Of a stretch of 64,000 bases of DNA, positions 10,115 to 21,759 are shown in pieces (position 1 is the stretch's first letter; every line of letters starts with the position of its first letter). Origin of the DNA: Candidatus Oxydemutator sp. (lineage in GTDB: Bacteria; Pseudomonadota; Gammaproteobacteria; Poriferisulfidales; Oxydemutatoraceae); NCBI GenBank assembly GCA_965203445.1, contig OZ241883.1, positions 1,152,001-1,216,000 of the forward strand, given 5' to 3'. A program made the translations under genes and the position numbers. Below the pieces are notes generated by a model that saw nothing but the letters and a program-made list of their open reading frames with translations, searched no databases and was not told where the DNA came from.

Positions 10115-10461
10115 ACGGTTTTTGTACGTACGTCGTGCGGAAGTCGTGGTAAGGAATCGTGAAGGAATTGCGCGCACGGCGCGAGCGCAGGCGACAAAGA
10201 TACTACGATACTACAATACAAGCTTAATTCAAGAAATATCCGGCTTTGCCTGGCCGGGCGCGGCCCGCGGCCACGCCCGCACGCTGACCCGGAAGTTATA
10301 GTCGTCGTTGCCGGCCCCTTCGGTGGGTACGCCGGCGGGGCCGCCGGCTGCGTTGCTTGTCTGTTATACTGGTATATTCTGCCGCGTACAATCCGCAAAA
10401 CAGTTCCGCGCCAGGCAGAACGTCAGGCCACGGCATCTAACGAAGTCTTTTTAAGGAGAGA

Positions 10462-11577
10462 ATGGTGAGCCAAGCAAGCCAGCCGTGCGTCGGCGTCTTG
10501 TCGGAGACGACCGCGCTCGAGAAACGGGTTTCATTGGTGCCGGAGACGGTGGGTTCTCTGGTCGGCGCCGGTCTTCGGGTCACGGTGGCGCGCGACGCCG
10601 GCGCGGGCGCCGGTTTCGGCGACGAATTGTACGCCGACGCGGGCGCGTCGCTCGCCGACAACGACGCGGTCTATCGCGACGCCGACGTCATCGTTTGCGT
10701 GACGCCGTTTTCGCCCGACAACGCCGAGCGTCTGCGCGACGGCTGCATCGTCGCCGGCTTTCTCGATCCCGTGGGGCAGCCCCAGGCGGCGGAAGTGTTC
10801 GCGCGCAAGAACGTCACGGCCTTGGCGTTCGAGCAAATGCCGCGCACGACGCGCGCCCAGGCCATGGACGCGCTGTCGTCGCAGCGCTCGGTCATCGGCT
10901 ACACGTCGGTGCTGATGGGCGCCAACCTGCTGCCGCGTTTTATCCCGATGCTGACGACGCCGGCGGGAACGATCCGTCCGGCGAGCATCTTTGTCATCGG
11001 CACCGGCGTCGCCGGCTTGCAGGCGATTGCGACGGCCAAGCGCCTCGGCGCCATCGTGCTTGCGACCGACGTGCGCGCGGTGGCCAAGGAGCAGGTCGAA
11101 TCTCTCGGCGCGCGTTTCGTGTTTCCCGACATCGAGGCCGACGCCGACGGCGGCTACGCGCGCGAATTGACCGAGGACGAAAAGAAAAAGCAGCAGGAGC
11201 TGCTGGCCAAGAGCATCGCCGACTCCGATATCGTGATCACCACGGCCCTGATCCCGGGGCGCCCGGCGCCGAAGATCGTCGGCGAGGACGTGATCAAGAC
11301 GATGAAGCCGGGTTCGGTTATCGTCGACGCCGCGGCCGACGGCGGCGGCAACTGCGCGCTCAGCAATCCGGGCGCCACCGAGACGCACCACGGCGTCACG
11401 GTGCACGCGCCGCTGAACGTGCCGAGCCACCTGCCGACCCATTCGAGCGTCATGTATTCGCGCAACCTGCACAACCTCCTGAAACTGATGTTGGACGACG
11501 ACGGGAACTTGGCGCCGGATTGGGAAGACGAGATTTTGCAGGGGGCGCGGCTTGCGCGCGCCGGCGCCGAAAACTAA
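10462..11577 (+). CDS. pntA: NAD(P) transhydrogenase subunit alpha, part 1
   Basis: EKRVSLVP, RAQAMDALSSQ, GTGVAGLQA, ITTALIPGRPAP. Confidence 0.95.
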   Translation: MVSQASQPCVGVLSETTALEKRVSLVPETVGSLVGAGLRVTVARDAGAGAGFGDELYADAGASLADNDAVYRDADVIVCVTPFSPDNAERLRDGCIVAGFLDPVGQPQAAEVFARKNVTALAFEQMPRTTRAQAMDALSSQRSVIGYTSVLMGANLLPRFIPMLTTPAGTIRPASIFVIGTGVAGLQAIATAKRLGAIVLATDVRAVAKEQVESLGARFVFPDIEADADGGYARELTEDEKKKQQELLAKSIADSDIVITTALIPGRPAPKIVGEDVIKTMKPGSVIVDAAADGGGNCALSNPGATETHHGVTVHAPLNVPSHLPTHSSVMYSRNLHNLLKLMLDDDGNLAPDWEDEILQGARLARAGAEN

Positions 11578-11697
11578 GGCGGCGCACGGCGACCCGAACC
11601 AACCCCCGGTGCTCTTTGTTTTTGCCAACCCCAATTTTATCAACCCAACTTTACCAACCAAGGGCCCCCACGAGAAACGCCCACACAGGAGACACCC

Positions 11698-12039
11698 ATG
11701 AGTGCGGAAATTATCGGAATCATCGCGTTGTACATTTTCATGCTGTCGGCGTTCACCGGCTACGAGGTCATCAGCCGCGTGCCTTCGATTTTGCACACGC
11801 CGCTGATGTCGGGCTCGAACTTCATCCACGGCATCGTGCTGGTCGGCGCCATGGTGGTGTTGGGTCGGGCCGATCCGAATGACGTGGTCAGCTTGGTCAT
11901 CGGCTTCATCGGCGTGGTGCTGGCCGCCGGCAACGCGGTCGGCGGCTACGTCGTGACCGAGCGCATGCTCGGCATGTTCAAACAGAGCGGCGACTCCAAG
12001 AACGACTCCAAGGGCGATTCCAAGGGCGGCTCCAAATGA
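11698..12039 (+). CDS. pntA: NAD(P) transhydrogenase subunit alpha, part 2
   Basis: LHTPLMSGSN, GGYVVTERML. Confidence 0.95.
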   Translation: MSAEIIGIIALYIFMLSAFTGYEVISRVPSILHTPLMSGSNFIHGIVLVGAMVVLGRADPNDVVSLVIGFIGVVLAAGNAVGGYVVTERMLGMFKQSGDSKNDSKGDSKGGSK

Positions 12040-13415
12040 TCTCCGAGATCCAGACCGCGGTCATCCAGATCGCGTACTTCGTCGCCGCGTTTTTGTTCAT
12101 CGTCGGCCTGCGCCAGATGAGCTCGCCGGTGTCCGCCGGACGCGGCATCGTCTGGGCCGGCATCGGCATGCTGGTGGCGACGCTGGTCACCTTCGGCTGG
12201 CCCGACATGGGCAACTACGCGCTGATGACGGTCGCAATTTTCGTCGGCGGCATCGTCGCGTGGATCACCGGCAAGCGCGTGCAGATGACCGGAATGCCGC
12301 AGATGATCGCGCTCTACAACGGCATGGGCGGCGGCGCCGCGGCCTGCATCGGCGCGCTCGAACTATGGCACAGCGAAAGCCACGGCCACGTCGTGCTGGC
12401 GCTGGCGGCGGCCGGCGGCCTGATCGGTTCGGTGTCCTTTTCCGGTTCGCTGATCGCGTTCGCCAAGCTGCAAGGGCTGATCAACAAGTCGTTCGTGTTC
12501 AAGGGGCAGCACGTGCTGAACGGCGCGCTGCTGCTGGCGGCGGTCGTGCTCGGCGTGATATTTGCAAGCGGCGCGGTGCCGACCCATCTGCTGATCCTGT
12601 TCTTTGCCGGCGTCCTGCTGCTCGGCATCCTGATGACGCTGCCGATAGGCGGCGCCGACATGCCGGTCGTGATCTCGCTCTACAACGCGCTGACCGGCCT
12701 GGCCGTCGGCTTCGAGGGTTTCGTGCTGAACAACGCGGCGATGATTATCGCCGGCACCGTGGTCGGCGCCTCGGGCACGCTGCTTACGCAGCTGATGGCC
12801 AAGGCCATGAACCGCTCGCTTGCGAACGTGCTGTTCTCCGGTTTCGGTTCGCAGCAGCAGGCCGAGGGCGACGTCGACGGTCAGATGAAGCCCATCGAGG
12901 CCAACGACGCGGCCGTGATGATGGCGTACTCGCAGAAGGTCATCGTCATTCCCGGCTACGGCATGGCCGTGGCCCAGGCGCAGCACAAGCTGTGGGAGTT
13001 CGCGCAGATGCTCGAGGCGCGGAACGTCGAGGTGCTGTTTGCGATCCATCCGGTGGCCGGGCGCATGCCGGGGCACATGAACGTGCTGCTGGCCGAGGCC
13101 GGCGTACCCTACGACAAAATTTTCGATCTGGAGGACGTCAACGCCAGTTTCCCGCAGACCGACGTCGCGCTGGTCATCGGCGCCAACGACGTCGTCAACC
13201 CGGACGCGCGCACCAACAAGTCGAGTCCGATCTACGGCATGCCGATCCTGGACGCCGACCGGGCGGCGACGTGCATCGTCATCAAGCGCGGCCAGGGCAA
13301 GGGCTTCTCCGGCATCCAGAACAAACTGTTTTTCGCCGACAACACGCGCATGCTGTACGGCGACGGCCAGAAGGTCTGCTCCAACCTGGTACAGGGAATC
13401 AAGCAGTTGGGCTGA
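12036..13415 (+). CDS. pntB: NAD(P) transhydrogenase subunit beta
   Basis: GGADMPVVIS, HPVAGRMPGHMNVLLAEA, GANDVVNP. Confidence 0.97.
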   Translation: MISEIQTAVIQIAYFVAAFLFIVGLRQMSSPVSAGRGIVWAGIGMLVATLVTFGWPDMGNYALMTVAIFVGGIVAWITGKRVQMTGMPQMIALYNGMGGGAAACIGALELWHSESHGHVVLALAAAGGLIGSVSFSGSLIAFAKLQGLINKSFVFKGQHVLNGALLLAAVVLGVIFASGAVPTHLLILFFAGVLLLGILMTLPIGGADMPVVISLYNALTGLAVGFEGFVLNNAAMIIAGTVVGASGTLLTQLMAKAMNRSLANVLFSGFGSQQQAEGDVDGQMKPIEANDAAVMMAYSQKVIVIPGYGMAVAQAQHKLWEFAQMLEARNVEVLFAIHPVAGRMPGHMNVLLAEAGVPYDKIFDLEDVNASFPQTDVALVIGANDVVNPDARTNKSSPIYGMPILDADRAATCIVIKRGQGKGFSGIQNKLFFADNTRMLYGDGQKVCSNLVQGIKQLG

Positions 13416-13592
13416 ACGCGCGCGGCGCGCGCGCGCCGCGCCATACACGTCGTCGGTCGGCGCCACGCCGAACGCGCGACGGGGCGGCTGCGCCGCCGGC
13501 GACGAGGCGACGATCCGCCACACCCCGCGGCCGTCGAGAAAATCAGAAAACGCGCCAAGTTGCGAAAGCCCGCGCCGTGATAAAATCCGGCC

Positions 13593-14561
13593 GTGTCCGC
13601 GCACGCCGAAATCAACAACCTCAAAACCTGCATCGAACGGCGCATCATCGGCCAGGACGCGCTGGTCGAACGGCTTTTGATCGCGCTGTTGGCCGACGGC
13701 CACTTGCTGGTGGAAGGCGCGCCGGGACTGGCCAAGACGCGCGCGGTCAAGGTGCTCGGAGACGCCGTCGAGGGCGACTTCCAGCGCATCCAGTTCACGC
13801 CGGATCTATTGCCCGCCGATCTCACCGGCACCGAGATCTACCGCCCGCAAGAGGGCGTTTTTACATTTCGCAGCGGCCCGTTGTTCCACAACCTGGTGCT
13901 GGCCGACGAAGTCAACCGCGCGCCGGCCAAGGTGCAGTCGGCGCTGCTCGAGGCGATGGCCGAGCGCCAGGTTACGGTCGGCGACCGCACCTATCCGCTG
14001 CCGAGGCTGTTTCTGGTAATGGCGACGCAGAACCCGATCGAGCAGGAGGGTACCTACGGCCTGCCCGAGGCGCAGCTCGATCGTTTTCTGATGCACGTGC
14101 GCATAGACTATCCCGATGCCGAACGCGAACGGGAGATACTGAGGCTGGTGCGCGATGAGCAGCTCAGCGCCGCCGCCGAGCGGCGCGATGCCGACGCGCC
14201 GCTGTCGCAACGGACGGTCTTCGCCGCGCGCGACGAGGTGCTGGGGCTGCACATGTCGCAGGAGGTCGAGGGGTATCTGCTGCAACTGGTGTTGGCGACG
14301 CGCGATCCCGGCGCCTATGGCGACGATCTCGCGGGGTGGTTGCAGTACGGCGGCAGCCCGCGCGCGACCATCGCGCTGGACCGTTGCGCCCGCGCCCGTG
14401 CCTGGCTGGCCGACCGCGACTACGTGGCGCCCGACGACGTCCAGGCCGTCAGCGCCGACGTGCTGCGCCACCGTTTGATTCTGAATTACGAGGCGGAAGC
14501 GGACGGCGTCACGCCGGATCAGGTGGTCTCCGAACTCGTTGCCCGCATCGCGGTGCCGTGA
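13593..14561 (+). CDS. moxR: MoxR-family AAA+ ATPase
   Basis: GAPGLAKT, RIQFTPDLLP, ADEVNRA, ATQNPIEQEGTY. Confidence 0.93.
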   Translation: MSAHAEINNLKTCIERRIIGQDALVERLLIALLADGHLLVEGAPGLAKTRAVKVLGDAVEGDFQRIQFTPDLLPADLTGTEIYRPQEGVFTFRSGPLFHNLVLADEVNRAPAKVQSALLEAMAERQVTVGDRTYPLPRLFLVMATQNPIEQEGTYGLPEAQLDRFLMHVRIDYPDAEREREILRLVRDEQLSAAAERRDADAPLSQRTVFAARDEVLGLHMSQEVEGYLLQLVLATRDPGAYGDDLAGWLQYGGSPRATIALDRCARARAWLADRDYVAPDDVQAVSADVLRHRLILNYEAEADGVTPDQVVSELVARIAVP

Positions 14562-14757
14562 GCGGCACGGCAGTTGGTTTGTCGCCGGCGGATCGGACGG
14601 CCGCTACGACCCTTCCGGTATAGAAGGCGTGTCGGCGTCGGGCCTCGCTTGCGCGTGCCTCGCCGAGTCATCCGCCTGGGAAAGTCCGATTCGCTTTGGT
14701 GAAGGTGTACACTTCGTGTATTGGGGCGCCGGGTACAATAGTTTGTGTTCAAAGCCG

Positions 14758-14846
14758 GGAGAGGTGGCTGAGTGGTCGAAGGCGGCGGTCTTGAAAACCG
14801 TTGACCGTTTTGCGGTCCGGGGGTTCGAATCCCTCCCTCTCCGCCA
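14758..14846 (+). tRNA. tRNA-Ser (anticodon TGA)
   Basis: GGAGAGG/CCTCTCC acceptor stem, CTTGAAA anticodon loop, long variable arm, GTTCGAATC, encoded CCA. Confidence 0.95.
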
Positions 14847-14980
14847 CAGTTTTCCGGGCGCGCGGCCGCGGCGCTTGCAGTGACGCCAGAGCAGCCCGCG
14901 CGCCGTTGTTTTGGGCACCTCGTGCCATTCCCATACAATAGCGGCATGAAATTTGCGTGCGGCAGGAGGAGTGGGCGCGG

Positions 14981-15430
14981 ATGACGCCACCGGCCTACAA
15001 GCGTCCCGAATCGGTGCTGGTGTTGGTGTACGCAAAGTCCGGCAAAGTGCTGTTGTTGCGCCGCAAGACCCCCGACTTTTTCTGGCAGTCGGTCGCCGGC
15101 AGCCTGGAATGGGGCGAGGCGCCGCGCGCCGCGGCGGCGCGCGAATTGCAAGAGGAGACCGGCTTGAGCGCGGCCGACGTCGTGGATTGCGAGACCGTGA
15201 ACCGTTATCTGATTTACCCGATGTGGCGGCACCGCTACGCGCCGGGCGTGATCGAAAATACCGAGTACGTGTTTCGCCTGCGTCTTGAGCGACCCTGCGA
15301 CGTCAGGCTCGATACGCGCGAACACCGCGAATACCAGTGGCTCGCCGCCGCCGAGGCCGCGGCCGCGGTCGGTTCGCACACCAACCGCACCGCGATAGAG
15401 CGATGGGTGGACGGGTATGGCCGGCCATAG
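14981..15430 (+). CDS. nudB: Dihydroneopterin triphosphate diphosphatase (Nudix)
   Basis: [21 protein letters not shown]...[10 protein letters not shown]; synteny with yebC. Confidence 0.9.
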   Translation: MTPPAYKRPESVLVLVYAKSGKVLLLRRKTPDFFWQSVAGSLEWGEAPRAAAARELQEETGLSAADVVDCETVNRYLIYPMWRHRYAPGVIENTEYVFRLRLERPCDVRLDTREHREYQWLAAAEAAAAVGSHTNRTAIERWVDGYGRP

Positions 15431-16184
15431 CAAGTGGGCCAACATACAGCACCGCAAAAAGGCGCAGGACGCCAAGCGCGGCAAGTTGTTCACGCGCCTG
15501 ATCCGCGAGGTCACGGTCGCCGCGCGCCTGGGCGGCGGCGACCCCGACGCCAACCCGCGCCTGCGCGTAGCGGTCGAGAAAGCCACGGCGGCCAACATTG
15601 GCAAGGACAACATCCGGCGCTCGATTCAACGCGGCGTCGGCGAGTCGGACGGGTGCGTCTATGAAAACGTCACCTACGAAGGCTATGGCCCCGGCGCCGC
15701 CGCGGTGCTCGTCGAGTGCGCGACCGACAACAAAAACCGCACCGTGGCCGAGGTGCGCCACGCCTTCGGCCGCTACGGCGGCAATCTCGGCGCCTCGGGT
15801 TCGGTTCTCTATCTGTTCAAACAAAGGGGCGTGCTCAGGTACCCGCCCGGCTGCGACGAGGACGCGGTGATAGAGGCGGCCATCGCCGCCGGTGCCGACG
15901 ACGTGGCGTCGGACGCCGACGGTCTGCGCGTGATCGTCGCCCCGCAACGACTCCTCGAGACGCGCCAGGCGATGCAACGCGCGGGGTCGGCGCCCGCCGC
16001 CGACGCGGTCGAGATGACGCCCGTAAGCATGGTGCCGCTGGCCGCGGACGACGCCGACAAATTGGCGCGCCTGCTCGAGGCGCTCGAGGCGATAGACGAC
16101 GTGCAGGACGTCTATTGCAACGCCGCCTTCCCCGACGAGCGCCCGGACGAGGCGCCCGCCGAGAGACCCGGCGCGCCGGGCTGA
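15417..16184 (+). CDS. yebC: YebC/PmpR family protein
   Basis: [21 protein letters not shown]. Confidence 0.97.
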   Translation: MAGHSKWANIQHRKKAQDAKRGKLFTRLIREVTVAARLGGGDPDANPRLRVAVEKATAANIGKDNIRRSIQRGVGESDGCVYENVTYEGYGPGAAAVLVECATDNKNRTVAEVRHAFGRYGGNLGASGSVLYLFKQRGVLRYPPGCDEDAVIEAAIAAGADDVASDADGLRVIVAPQRLLETRQAMQRAGSAPAADAVEMTPVSMVPLAADDADKLARLLEALEAIDDVQDVYCNAAFPDERPDEAPAERPGAPG

Positions 16185-16202
16185 CGGCGCGCGTGGAGCA
16201 CG

Positions 16203-16700
16203 TTGAGACGAATACTCGGCATAGACCCCGGTTTTCGCAACACCGGCTATTGCGTCATCGAAAGCGACGGGCGCGCGCACCGCTATATCGCGGGCGGCGT
16301 GATCGCCGTCGCGCCCCTGCCGCCGCACCGCCGGCTGGCCGCGATCTTCGACGCCACCTGCGACGTGATCCGCGCGCATGAACCGCGCGAGCTGGCGGTC
16401 GAGGAAGTGTTTTTGGCAAAGAACGTCTCGATAGCGTTGAAGCTCGGCCAGGCGCGCGGCGTCGCAATATGCGCGGCCGTCAAGGCCGGCGTCGCGGTGC
16501 ACGAGTACAGCGCGCGCTTCATCAAGAAAACGGTGACCGGCGGCGGCGGCGCCGACAAGCGCCAGGTGCAATACATGGTGTGCCGCCTGCTCGGTATCGC
16601 CGAGCGCGAGATCGAGGACGAGGCGGACGCGCTGGCCGCGGCGCTGTGCCACGCCTTCGTGGCGCGCGCCGAGCGGCGGCTGACGGAGGCGGCGCGATGA
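16203..16700 (+). CDS. ruvC: Holliday junction resolvase
   Basis: ILGIDPG, AVEEVF, LGQARG, DEADALA. Confidence 0.95.
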   Translation: MRRILGIDPGFRNTGYCVIESDGRAHRYIAGGVIAVAPLPPHRRLAAIFDATCDVIRAHEPRELAVEEVFLAKNVSIALKLGQARGVAICAAVKAGVAVHEYSARFIKKTVTGGGGADKRQVQYMVCRLLGIAEREIEDEADALAAALCHAFVARAERRLTEAAR

Positions 16701-17278
16701 TCGCGCGTCTGCGCGGCCAGCTGCTCGTAAAGAGGCCGCCGCACCTGCTGATAGACGTGGACGGCGTCGGTTACGAGTTGCAGGCGCCGATGTCCACGTT
16801 CTACGCGCTGCCGGACGTCGGCTGCGAGGTGGTCGTGCTGACGCATCTGCTGGTGCGCGACGACGCGCACGTGCTGTACGCGTTCAGCGGCGAGTACGAC
16901 CGCGCGTTGTTTCGGGAATTGCTCAAGGTCGGCGGCGTCGGCGCGAAGATCGCGCTGGCGATACTGTCCGGCATGGAGGCCGCGGTCTTCCGCGAGTGTA
17001 TCGCAGCCGCCGACGCCGACGCGCTGGCGCGTCTGCCCGGCATCGGGCGCAAGACCGCGGAACGCCTCATCGTCGAGATGAAAAATCGCTTCGACGACGA
17101 GTTCTGGCGCGCGGCGACGACGGGTGCCGTCGCGCGCGACGACGTCGCGCGCGACGCGCGCAACGCGCTGATCGCGCTCGGCTACAAGCCGGGCGACGCG
17201 AAGCGCATGGTCGAGACCGTGAACACCGCCGGCGGGAACCTCGAACAGATCATCCGCGACGCGCTGCAATCATCGTGA
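16697..17278 (+). CDS. ruvA: Holliday junction branch migration protein
   Basis: MIARLRG, DVDGVGYE, HhH motifs GVGAK and PGIGRKTAER. Confidence 0.95.
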   Translation: MIARLRGQLLVKRPPHLLIDVDGVGYELQAPMSTFYALPDVGCEVVVLTHLLVRDDAHVLYAFSGEYDRALFRELLKVGGVGAKIALAILSGMEAAVFRECIAAADADALARLPGIGRKTAERLIVEMKNRFDDEFWRAATTGAVARDDVARDARNALIALGYKPGDAKRMVETVNTAGGNLEQIIRDALQSS

Positions 17279-17339
17279 ATTCGCCGTGCCCCTCGTGAAT
17301 CCCGGCGAACCGGACAAGGCGTCGCGGGTATAATCCGGC

Positions 17340-18374
<1,035 letters not shown>

Positions 18375-18436
18375 GGCGGTTTTGCGCCGGATGCGCTACA
18401 ATCGCAGCGTGCGCCAAGCATACGGAGAGGTTTCCC

Positions 18437-19138
18437 ATGCAATCTGAATTCAGTTTTTTCTCGCTGGTGGCGGAAGCCACTTTTGTCGTGCAGCTGGTGC
18501 TGTTGGTTCTGATAGCGGCCTCCGTCGTAAGTTGGACGCGCATCATCGGCAAGTGGCGCGAGTTCAAGAGGGTGCGGCGCGACGCCGCCGATTTCGAGCG
18601 GCGGTTCTGGTCGGGCGACGACCTGACGCAGTTGTATTCCGAAATCGGGGAGCGCGAGGCTTCCGGCATGGCCGCTATTTTTCAAAGCGGCTTCAAGGAA
18701 TACGCGCGTCTGCACAAGCAGGGCGCGCTGTCGCCGTCGGCCATCGCCGACACCGCGGTGCGCTCGATGAAAGTGGCGCTGTCGCGGGAAGTGGAAAGTC
18801 TTGGCAGGCACCTCAATTTTCTGGCCACGGTCGGTTCGACCTCGCCGTACGTCGGTCTGTTCGGCACCGTGTGGGGCATCATGCACGCTTTTCTCGCGTT
18901 GCGCGACGTGCAGCAGGCGACCCTGTCGCTGGTGGCGCCCGGCATCGCCGAGGCGCTGGTAGCGACGGCGATAGGACTGTTCGCGGCCATTCCGGCGACC
19001 ATCGCCTACAACCGCTTCAGCGCCGCCACCAACCAGCAACTGCTGCGCTACGACAACTTTATCGAGGAATTCACCGCGATCCTGCACAAGCAACTGCATC
19101 GCGCCGACGCCGCGGCGCGGGAGACGCACGATGAATGA
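18437..19138 (+). CDS. tolQ: Tol-Pal protein TolQ
   Basis: SPYVGLFGTVWGIM, APGIAEAL. Confidence 0.95.
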   Translation: MQSEFSFFSLVAEATFVVQLVLLVLIAASVVSWTRIIGKWREFKRVRRDAADFERRFWSGDDLTQLYSEIGEREASGMAAIFQSGFKEYARLHKQGALSPSAIADTAVRSMKVALSREVESLGRHLNFLATVGSTSPYVGLFGTVWGIMHAFLALRDVQQATLSLVAPGIAEALVATAIGLFAAIPATIAYNRFSAATNQQLLRYDNFIEEFTAILHKQLHRADAAARETHDE

Positions 19139-19556
19139 CCGCCGCCGCTTCGGCCCGATGTCCGAGATCAACGTCGTCCCGTACATAGACGTGATGCTGG
19201 TGTTGCTGATCATCTTCATGGTGACGGTGCCGCTGATCCAGCAGGGCGTCGAGATCGATCTGCCGGAGGCCTCGACCGAGACCCTGACCGACGAGGCCGA
19301 GACCGAACCGCTGATCGTGTCGGTCGACCGCCACGGCCGGTTTTTCCTGAACCGGGGGAAAAACGCCAACCGCCCGATTTCGGCCGCGGTGTTGACGCGG
19401 GACGTCAAGGCGCTGATGGCCGCGGCCGCCGCGCCGCCGGTGTACGTGCGCGGCGACCGCGGTACCGAATACGGGCACGTAATGACCGCGATGGTCGTTT
19501 TGCAGCGCGCCGGGGCCGACCAGATCGGGTTGGTGACGCAGCCGCCCGTCCGATAG
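19131..19556 (+). CDS. tolR: Tol-Pal protein TolR
   Basis: EINVVPYIDVMLVLLIIFMVT. Confidence 0.95.
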   Translation: MNDRRRFGPMSEINVVPYIDVMLVLLIIFMVTVPLIQQGVEIDLPEASTETLTDEAETEPLIVSVDRHGRFFLNRGKNANRPISAAVLTRDVKALMAAAAAPPVYVRGDRGTEYGHVMTAMVVLQRAGADQIGLVTQPPVR

Positions 19557-19572
19557 TCCGGCGCGCGCGGTC

Positions 19573-20475
19573 GTGATGGACAGACGCTCCGTAGTGCGGT
19601 CTTCGGCGGCGCTTTCGGTACTGCTGCACGCCGCCGTTTTCGGGTTGCTCGGCGTCAGCTTCGCGTCGTGCACCGGCCCCGTCGAGCGCGGCGTCGCGGC
19701 GCAGCCGCGCGTGATACAGGCGGAGGCGGTCGCGCCGCGCAAGGTCGAGGCGTATTACCGCGAGCGGCGCGCGCGCGAACGCGAGCGGCTCGAGGCGCTC
19801 GAGGAGAAAAAGCGCGAGCAGCGCAAACGCCTGGAGCAGGAGCGGCGCCGCGCCGAGGCGCTGGCGAGTGAGCAACGGGAACTGCAGAAACGCAAGCAAG
19901 CCGAGCGCGAGCGCCGGCAGGCGCTGTTGCAGAGCAAGAAGCGCAAGGCCGAGGAGGCGCGCCGCATGCAGGAGCAGCTCGAGCATCGGGAGGCCGAGCG
20001 CAAGCGCAAGGAACGGCAGGCGCGCGTCGAACGCGAGCGCAAGGAACGGGAGGCGAGGCGCCTGGCCGAGGAGCAGCGCCTGCGCAAGGAGCAGCAAGCG
20101 AGACGCAAGGCCGAGGAGGAACGCCTGCGCAAGGAGCAGGAAGCGCGGCGCCTGGCCGAGGAACAACAACGGCTGATCATGCGCAAGCGCCAGCGCGCGC
20201 TGTGGACGCGGCAGTACGCGGGCCTGTTGCGCGCCAGCATCGAGCGCCACTGGAAAAAGCCGCCCAGCAGCGTCAAGGGCGGCGACTGCGTCCTCAAGCT
20301 GCGCCAGGACGAGAACGGCACGGTGCTCGATTTGGACGTCGTCAGTTGCGACGGCGACCGCCTGTTCGTGCGTTCGGTCGAGGAGGCGGTGTGGAAGGCA
20401 AGCCCGCTGCCGTCGCCGCCGTCGCCGGAAGTGTTCGACGCCGACGTGGAATTGACTTTTCGGCAGAAGTACTGA
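19573..20475 (+). CDS. tolA: Tol-Pal protein TolA
   Basis: N-terminal TM with SxxxH, E/R/K-rich helix, TonB/TolA C-terminal domain. Confidence 0.85.
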   Translation: MMDRRSVVRSSAALSVLLHAAVFGLLGVSFASCTGPVERGVAAQPRVIQAEAVAPRKVEAYYRERRARERERLEALEEKKREQRKRLEQERRRAEALASEQRELQKRKQAERERRQALLQSKKRKAEEARRMQEQLEHREAERKRKERQARVERERKEREARRLAEEQRLRKEQQARRKAEEERLRKEQEARRLAEEQQRLIMRKRQRALWTRQYAGLLRASIERHWKKPPSSVKGGDCVLKLRQDENGTVLDLDVVSCDGDRLFVRSVEEAVWKASPLPSPPSPEVFDADVELTFRQKY

Positions 20476-21758
20476 TGAGCAGGCCGTGCCTTAGCGCGTT
20501 TTTGCTCGCGGCGCTCGTCGGCGCGGCGCAGGCTGAGCTCAAGATCGAGATCACCGAGGGCGTCGAGGGCGGCGTGCCGATTGCGGTGCTGCCGTTCGAC
20601 GACGAGCCGCCGGAGCTCGAACGCGGCTACAGCGCCATCGTCGCCTCGGATCTCGCGTACAGCGGCTTGTTCAGCCTGATCTCGGCGCGCGACGTCGCCG
20701 CGCTCGAGCGGCGCCCCGGCGAGGCCTCCGATTACGTCGCGTGGGCCGACGCCGGCGTCGAGAAAATCGTCGTCGGCAGGGTCGTGCCCGGCGGCGACCT
20801 GCAGGTCGCGCTGTTCGACGTCGTCAGGCGCAAGAGACTGCGCGAATGGGAATTTCCGGTGGATTCGCGCAGGGTCAGCGACGTTGCGCATTACGCCAGC
20901 GACCTGGTCTACGAGGAGCTTACCGGCGTTCCGGGAATCTTCAGCACGCGCCTCGCGTTCGTGGATTCGGTGCAGGTCAAACCGCGCGTGCGGCGTTTCC
21001 GTCTGAACGTGGCGGACGCCGACGGCGGCAATCGCATCGCCATTTTCACGTCGCACAGTCCGATCATGTCCCCGTGCTGGTCGCCGGACTACAAACGTCT
21101 GGCCTACGTCTCCTACGAGAACGGCGCGCCGGAGATCTTCGTGCAGGTCCTGGGCAGCGGCCAGCGCACCAATCTGTCGGCCTCGATCGGCGAGGGCAAT
21201 TCGCCGGACTGGTCGGACGACGGCGACGCGCTGGCCTTTGTTTCATCGCGCGACGACAACCCCGAGATCTACGTCTATCATTTTGCCGATGACCGCATCG
21301 AGCGCGTCACGGAAAACCTGGCGATAGACACCGAACCGGCGTGGGCGCCCGACGGCTCGCTGTTCTTCACTTCCGACCGCGGCGGTTCACCGCAGTTGTA
21401 CCGCCTGGACCGCGACCGCGGCGACCTCAAGCGATTGACGTTCGACGGCGATTACAACTCGGACGCCGACGTCTCTCCGCGCGGCGACAAGTTCGCCTAC
21501 GTCAGCCAGCGTCCCGGGGGCTTCTCGATAGTCGTACGCGACGTGTCCGGCGGCGATGGGCTGGAGTTGAGTCTCGGCCACCTCGACGAGCGCCCGCGGT
21601 TTGCTCCGAACGGCAATTTGCTGAGCTATCTGACCGAGCAGGGCGGACGCTCGGCGCTGGGGCTGGTGACCGTGGATGGCCTGTTCGGCAAGCGGATTCC
21701 GGTGTCGGAGGACGTCGGCAAGGTGCGCGGCGTCGCATGGTCGCCGCTGGTGCGCTGA
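20475..21758 (+). CDS. tolB: Tol-Pal beta-propeller protein TolB
   Basis: AELKIEITEG N-terminus, PD40 repeats (SPCWSPD, PAWAPDG). Confidence 0.92.
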   Translation: MSRPCLSAFLLAALVGAAQAELKIEITEGVEGGVPIAVLPFDDEPPELERGYSAIVASDLAYSGLFSLISARDVAALERRPGEASDYVAWADAGVEKIVVGRVVPGGDLQVALFDVVRRKRLREWEFPVDSRRVSDVAHYASDLVYEELTGVPGIFSTRLAFVDSVQVKPRVRRFRLNVADADGGNRIAIFTSHSPIMSPCWSPDYKRLAYVSYENGAPEIFVQVLGSGQRTNLSASIGEGNSPDWSDDGDALAFVSSRDDNPEIYVYHFADDRIERVTENLAIDTEPAWAPDGSLFFTSDRGGSPQLYRLDRDRGDLKRLTFDGDYNSDADVSPRGDKFAYVSQRPGGFSIVVRDVSGGDGLELSLGHLDERPRFAPNGNLLSYLTEQGGRSALGLVTVDGLFGKRIPVSEDVGKVRGVAWSPLVR

Positions 21759-21759
21759 G

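Noticed and set aside
19770-20190. Repeats in tolA (EARRLAEEQ, RLRKEQ)
   Set aside because: Normal low-complexity TolA helical domain.
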